Source: a virus (taxonomy: Duplodnaviria; Heunggongvirae; Uroviricota; Caudoviricetes). Taken from it: 18,357 nucleotides of DNA. Below are positions 17,065-18,357 of this stretch, piece after piece. The notes below the pieces were generated by a model. It was not told the origin of the DNA. It did no database searches and saw nothing but the letters and a program-made list of their open reading frames with translations. The position numbers and the translations under genes were made by a program. Position 1 is the stretch's first letter. Each line of letters starts with the position of its first letter. Location: the IMG/VR virus record IMGVR_UViG_2563366979_000001, positions 1-18,357 of that record; one strand, 5' to 3'.

Positions 17065-17607
17065 TAAACAGTATGTATATCATAGGTTATTAATTGTGAG
17101 TTTTTTCGGTGTGTTATTTGTTTGTTTGATGTTATGCTTTTGCGCCCCAAAAGGTTGTTTAGATGTATTTTATCAATTGATTTTCAATATCGTTTAATAA
17201 AGAAAAATTAAGCAAGTTGGATGTTGATTTTTTGTTAATTGAATGGTTCTAATAATGTTTTTTTACTGTTGTTGAATGTGACTTGATAAGAAATGCAAGT
17301 AAAAATGATGCTCTTTTTATTTTAAATTCAAACGGTTGATATATATAGCAAGAGGTTTCAGGTGCGTTGTAGTGAGTTTATGTTAATAAAAAGCATAGTA
17401 AGCGTTGAAAAATGTAACTTTGAAATACGTTAGAATAAAAAACAATATACATATAATAATTTAATCTTAAATGAAATTTATTAAAATTTGCAAACTATAA
17501 TTTTGTGTATAAAAATATAAATGCACATCATCCTGATTATGATTGTGTATTTAATTGGTTGTTATTTGACTACTATCAACTTGCTTTAATTTTATGATAG
17601 GTGCAAG

Positions 17608-18357
17608 ATGGATTATGTTTGCTCCGTAGTTTTCATCTGTCAATCATTTGATTTAATTATAAACAGGAGAGTTATCTCGTTCAAAAAAAATTCATTGTTT
17701 ATTGTAAACGACAAAATTAGAAGGGAGTTACCAGTATGCCCCTCTAAACTAAGAATTGTTGATATAGATAAGAAAACATGTTTATCCTTTTTTATCGACG
17801 TGAATAATGATCTGCCTGGCAAATTTACTCTTGATAAGAATGGCTATATTGCTGAAGAGGAACCTCCATTATCGCTTGTTTTTTCTCTGTTTGAAGGGAT
17901 TAAAATAGCAGACTCACACTCCCTTTGGTTAAAAGAAAGACTATGTATATCCTTACTTGCCATGTTCAAAAAACGCGAAAGTGTAAATTCATTTATACTA
18001 ACAAATATAAATACATTTACCTGTAAAATTACTGGAATAATCAGTTTTAATATTGAGCGGCAATGGCATTTAAAAGATATTGCGGAATTGATTTATACGA
18101 GTGAAAGTTTAATAAAAAAAAGATTAAGAGATGAAGGAACGTCATTTACTGAAATATTGAGAGATACTAGGATGAGGTATGCAAAAAAACTCATAACTTC
18201 AAACTCTTATTCTATTAATGTCGTAGCCCAGAAATGTGGCTATAACAGTACTTCATATTTCATATGTGCATTTAAAGATTATTATGGTGTCACGCCATCT
18301 CATTATTTTGAGAAAATAATCGGCGTCACAGATGGAATAAACAAAACAATTGACTGA
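17608..18357 (+). CDS. appY: AraC-family regulator AppY; the TGA stop is the last three bases of the window
   Basis: 249-aa [36 protein letters not shown]... near-identical to K-12 AppY as recalled; preceded by about 540 bp of very AT-rich DNA. Confidence 0.9.
   Translation: MDYVCSVVFICQSFDLIINRRVISFKKNSLFIVNDKIRRELPVCPSKLRIVDIDKKTCLSFFIDVNNDLPGKFTLDKNGYIAEEEPPLSLVFSLFEGIKIADSHSLWLKERLCISLLAMFKKRESVNSFILTNINTFTCKITGIISFNIERQWHLKDIAELIYTSESLIKKRLRDEGTSFTEILRDTRMRYAKKLITSNSYSINVVAQKCGYNSTSYFICAFKDYYGVTPSHYFEKIIGVTDGINKTID

Noticed and set aside
1-18357. tRNA gene or att site (argU-type) expected beside the integrase
   Set aside because: The window starts exactly at the integrase stop codon, so attL and any tRNA lie outside; none is visible within the window.

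Overview
This 18.4-kb window is essentially one defective lambdoid prophage of the DLP12 family, almost certainly from an Escherichia/Shigella-type genome. All family and gene assignments below are made by eye from the translated ORFs and from memory of E. coli K-12 DLP12 and phage 21/lambda proteins; no database search was run. Layout: integrase and excisionase on the minus strand at the left edge (1-1391); a conserved nin-region block ylcH-ninB-ninE-ybcO-rusA-ylcG-Q (8013-9978); an S21-type pinholin gene (13083-13298); and appY at the right edge (17608-18357). Three cargo or remnant blocks sit between them. (1) An AT-rich early-region insert carrying a 1303-aa inverse-autotransporter (intimin/invasin-family) adhesin with two near-identical tandem 357-bp repeats, convergent with a secreted alpha/beta-hydrolase. 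(2) A moron cassette between Q and the holin carrying a Blc-like lipocalin lipoprotein, a YbgA/RudS-like DUF523-DUF1722 putative Fe-S desulfidase and an AppY-like AraC regulator. (3) A remnant tail-fibre module: an N-terminally truncated side tail fibre with a LamG-like C-terminus, an 89-aa protein, a small protein with a peptidase-S74 intramolecular-chaperone domain, a 3-TM membrane protein and a tfa 3' fragment. A deletion scar at about 13495 fuses codon 66 of the SAR-endolysin gene out of frame to the interior of the side-tail-fibre gene, which would have removed Rz, terminase, head and tail genes and left an intact pinholin next to a dead endolysin. No rRNA, tRNA, CRISPR array, transposase or att site is visible. 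I could not identify a canonical anti-phage defence system; the best candidates for an uncharacterised functional module are the Q-S moron cassette and the small genes downstream of the tail fibre.
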